NCBI RefSeq assembly: GCF_006345805.1
Contig: NC_043016.1
Span: 19,654,001 to 19,718,000, forward strand
Direction: 5' to 3'
DNA: 64,000 nt
Origin: Octopus sinensis
Taxonomy: Eukaryota
Positions 62,574 to 64,000 of this stretch are shown piece by piece. The position numbers were made by a program, and so were the translations under genes. Below the pieces are notes generated by a model. It saw nothing but the letters and a program-made list of their open reading frames with translations. It was not told where the DNA came from and searched no databases. The first letter of the stretch is position 1; the number at the start of each line of letters is the position of its first letter.

Positions 62574-62817
62574 GTTATAAATTAAAACAAACAGTAAAAG
62601 GTTCTCATTATAGTACTCAGAGTTTCAAATGTCGGAACAAAGAGCTACGATATATTCTCATTGGTTATTAATGGCAACAGATGCTTTTATTTAATGGCTT
62701 TTCATAGCGTCTGTTGTCATTAATAGCCGACGAGAATGTATCGTAGCTCTTCGCTCCAGCATCTGAAACTCCGAGTACTATAATGACAATCTTTTACTGT
62801 TTGTTCTAAATTATAAC
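62574..62817. mobile_element. Fold-back (MITE-like) element, 112-bp arms, 20-nt loop
   Basis: Arms 62574-62685 and 62706-62817, about 16 differences, almost all transitions. Confidence 0.9.
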
Positions 62818-62823
62818 ACTCAT

Positions 62824-62854
<31 letters not shown>

Positions 62855-63103
62855 CATACATATATATACGAGAGGTTTCTTTCAGTTTCCGTCTACCAAA
62901 TCCCCTCACAAGGCTTTGGTCGGCCTGAGGCTATAGTAGAAGACACTTGCCCAAGGTGCCACGCAGTGGAACTGATCCCAGAACCATGTGGTTGGGAAGC
63001 AAGCTTCTTACAACATAGCCACATCTGCGCTTAATATATACAGTAGTCATTCACTTACACATTTAGTATCCATTTTTTTTTTTGTTACCTTGGGAACGCT
63101 AAT

Positions 63104-63171
63104 TTCAGTGGTGGTGCCCCAGCATGGCTGCGGCCTTCGGGCTAAAACATTTTTAAGGATTTTAAGGATTT
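63104..63171 (+). mobile_element. Isolated LINE-type tail shared with the 5S-headed element
   Basis: GGTGGTGCCCCAGCATGGCTGCGGCC-TTCG-GGCTAAAACATTTTTAAGGATTTTAAGGATT. Confidence 0.75.
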
Positions 63172-63374
63172 GTCTGGATATCACGTAATAGTTGCAAATG
63201 AACATCATTATTCATTTTCAGTATTCTTACTTAAATTGAGTGAAGCACTATTATTGAGGTATTATTTTACAGCTGGATACCCTCCCTGTTGCTAACCCTT
63301 ACCTGTTTGCAAATACAAGATTTTCATTCTACTTGTCTTAAAAAGTGCAGAGCTACAGGGAAAAGTCAATATAT

Positions 63375-63593
63375 ATTTCTTTACTGCCCACAAGGGGCTA
63401 AACATAGAGGGGACAAACAAGGACAAAGGAATCACAATGACCCCAGTTGCAAAACTGGTACTTTATTTATCGACCCCGAAAGGATGAAAGTCAAAGTCGA
63501 CCTCGGCGGAATTTGAACTCAGAACATAACGACAGACGAAATACTGCTAAACATTTTGCCCAGCGCGCTAACGTTTCTGCCAACTCGCCACCT
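63375..63593 (-). mobile_element. tRNA-derived SINE, family A
   Basis: Full length, flanked by AAGTCAATATA repeats. Confidence 0.9.
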
Positions 63594-64000
63594 TTAATAA
63601 GTCAATATAGTCTCACTGTTTTTTCTCAAGCAATTTCCTGTGGAGATGTTGCGGACTGTAAGCATTCACACACCCACCCACACACAGACAGGCTTTTTAC
63701 AGTTTCCATCTATTAATTCCTCACAAGGCTTTGGTTAGCTCAGGGCTATAGTAGAAGACACTTGGTACTGAACCTGAAATCACATAGTTGCAAAGCAAAC
63801 TTCTTAACTACACACACACACACACACACACACTTACTTTCTGTCTTCCAGATCCACACACAAGGCTTTGGTCAGTCTGGAGCAGTAGCAGAAGACACTT
63901 GCTCATGATGCCTCACAGTGGGATTGATCTCAAGACTATAAACCACACAGTCACACTCATTCCAAAAGGCCATTCCTGTACCTAACAGCCTTTCCTACAT

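Overview
AT-rich (~35% GC) eukaryotic genomic DNA, very likely from an octopod cephalopod. This is inferred from the dense tRNA-SINE, RTE and (AT)n/(GT)n repeat landscape. The window is mostly intronic sequence of one large + strand gene. Two coding exons are well supported: a 3,389-bp exon (37701-41089, phase 0 to 2) and a phase-matched 313-bp exon (53112-53424). Together they encode a Ser/Gln/Asn-rich, probably disordered scaffold with clustered LC8-type TQT motifs and Tyr docking motifs; it is weakly Shroom-like but not identified. Several small upstream exons are plausible, including an alternative first exon at 24661-24783. The introns hold tRNA-SINEs of several families, RTE, CR1/L2, Dong/R4-like and HERO-like LINE fragments, a mariner remnant, three non-autonomous Helitrons, piggyBac-type MITEs and fold-back elements. 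The most unusual items are: (i) a tRNA-headed element carrying a minimal hammerhead ribozyme motif, inserted as an inverted (Penelope-style) structure with 12-bp TSDs, plus a mini-copy with the same architecture; (ii) two further hammerhead-bearing tail families; (iii) a 5S rRNA-headed element with a LINE-type tail (SINE3-like); and (iv) a complete 408-bp TSD-flanked non-autonomous RTE derivative with a structured 5' end. Nearly all short ORFs in the supplied track are repeat or microsatellite artefacts.
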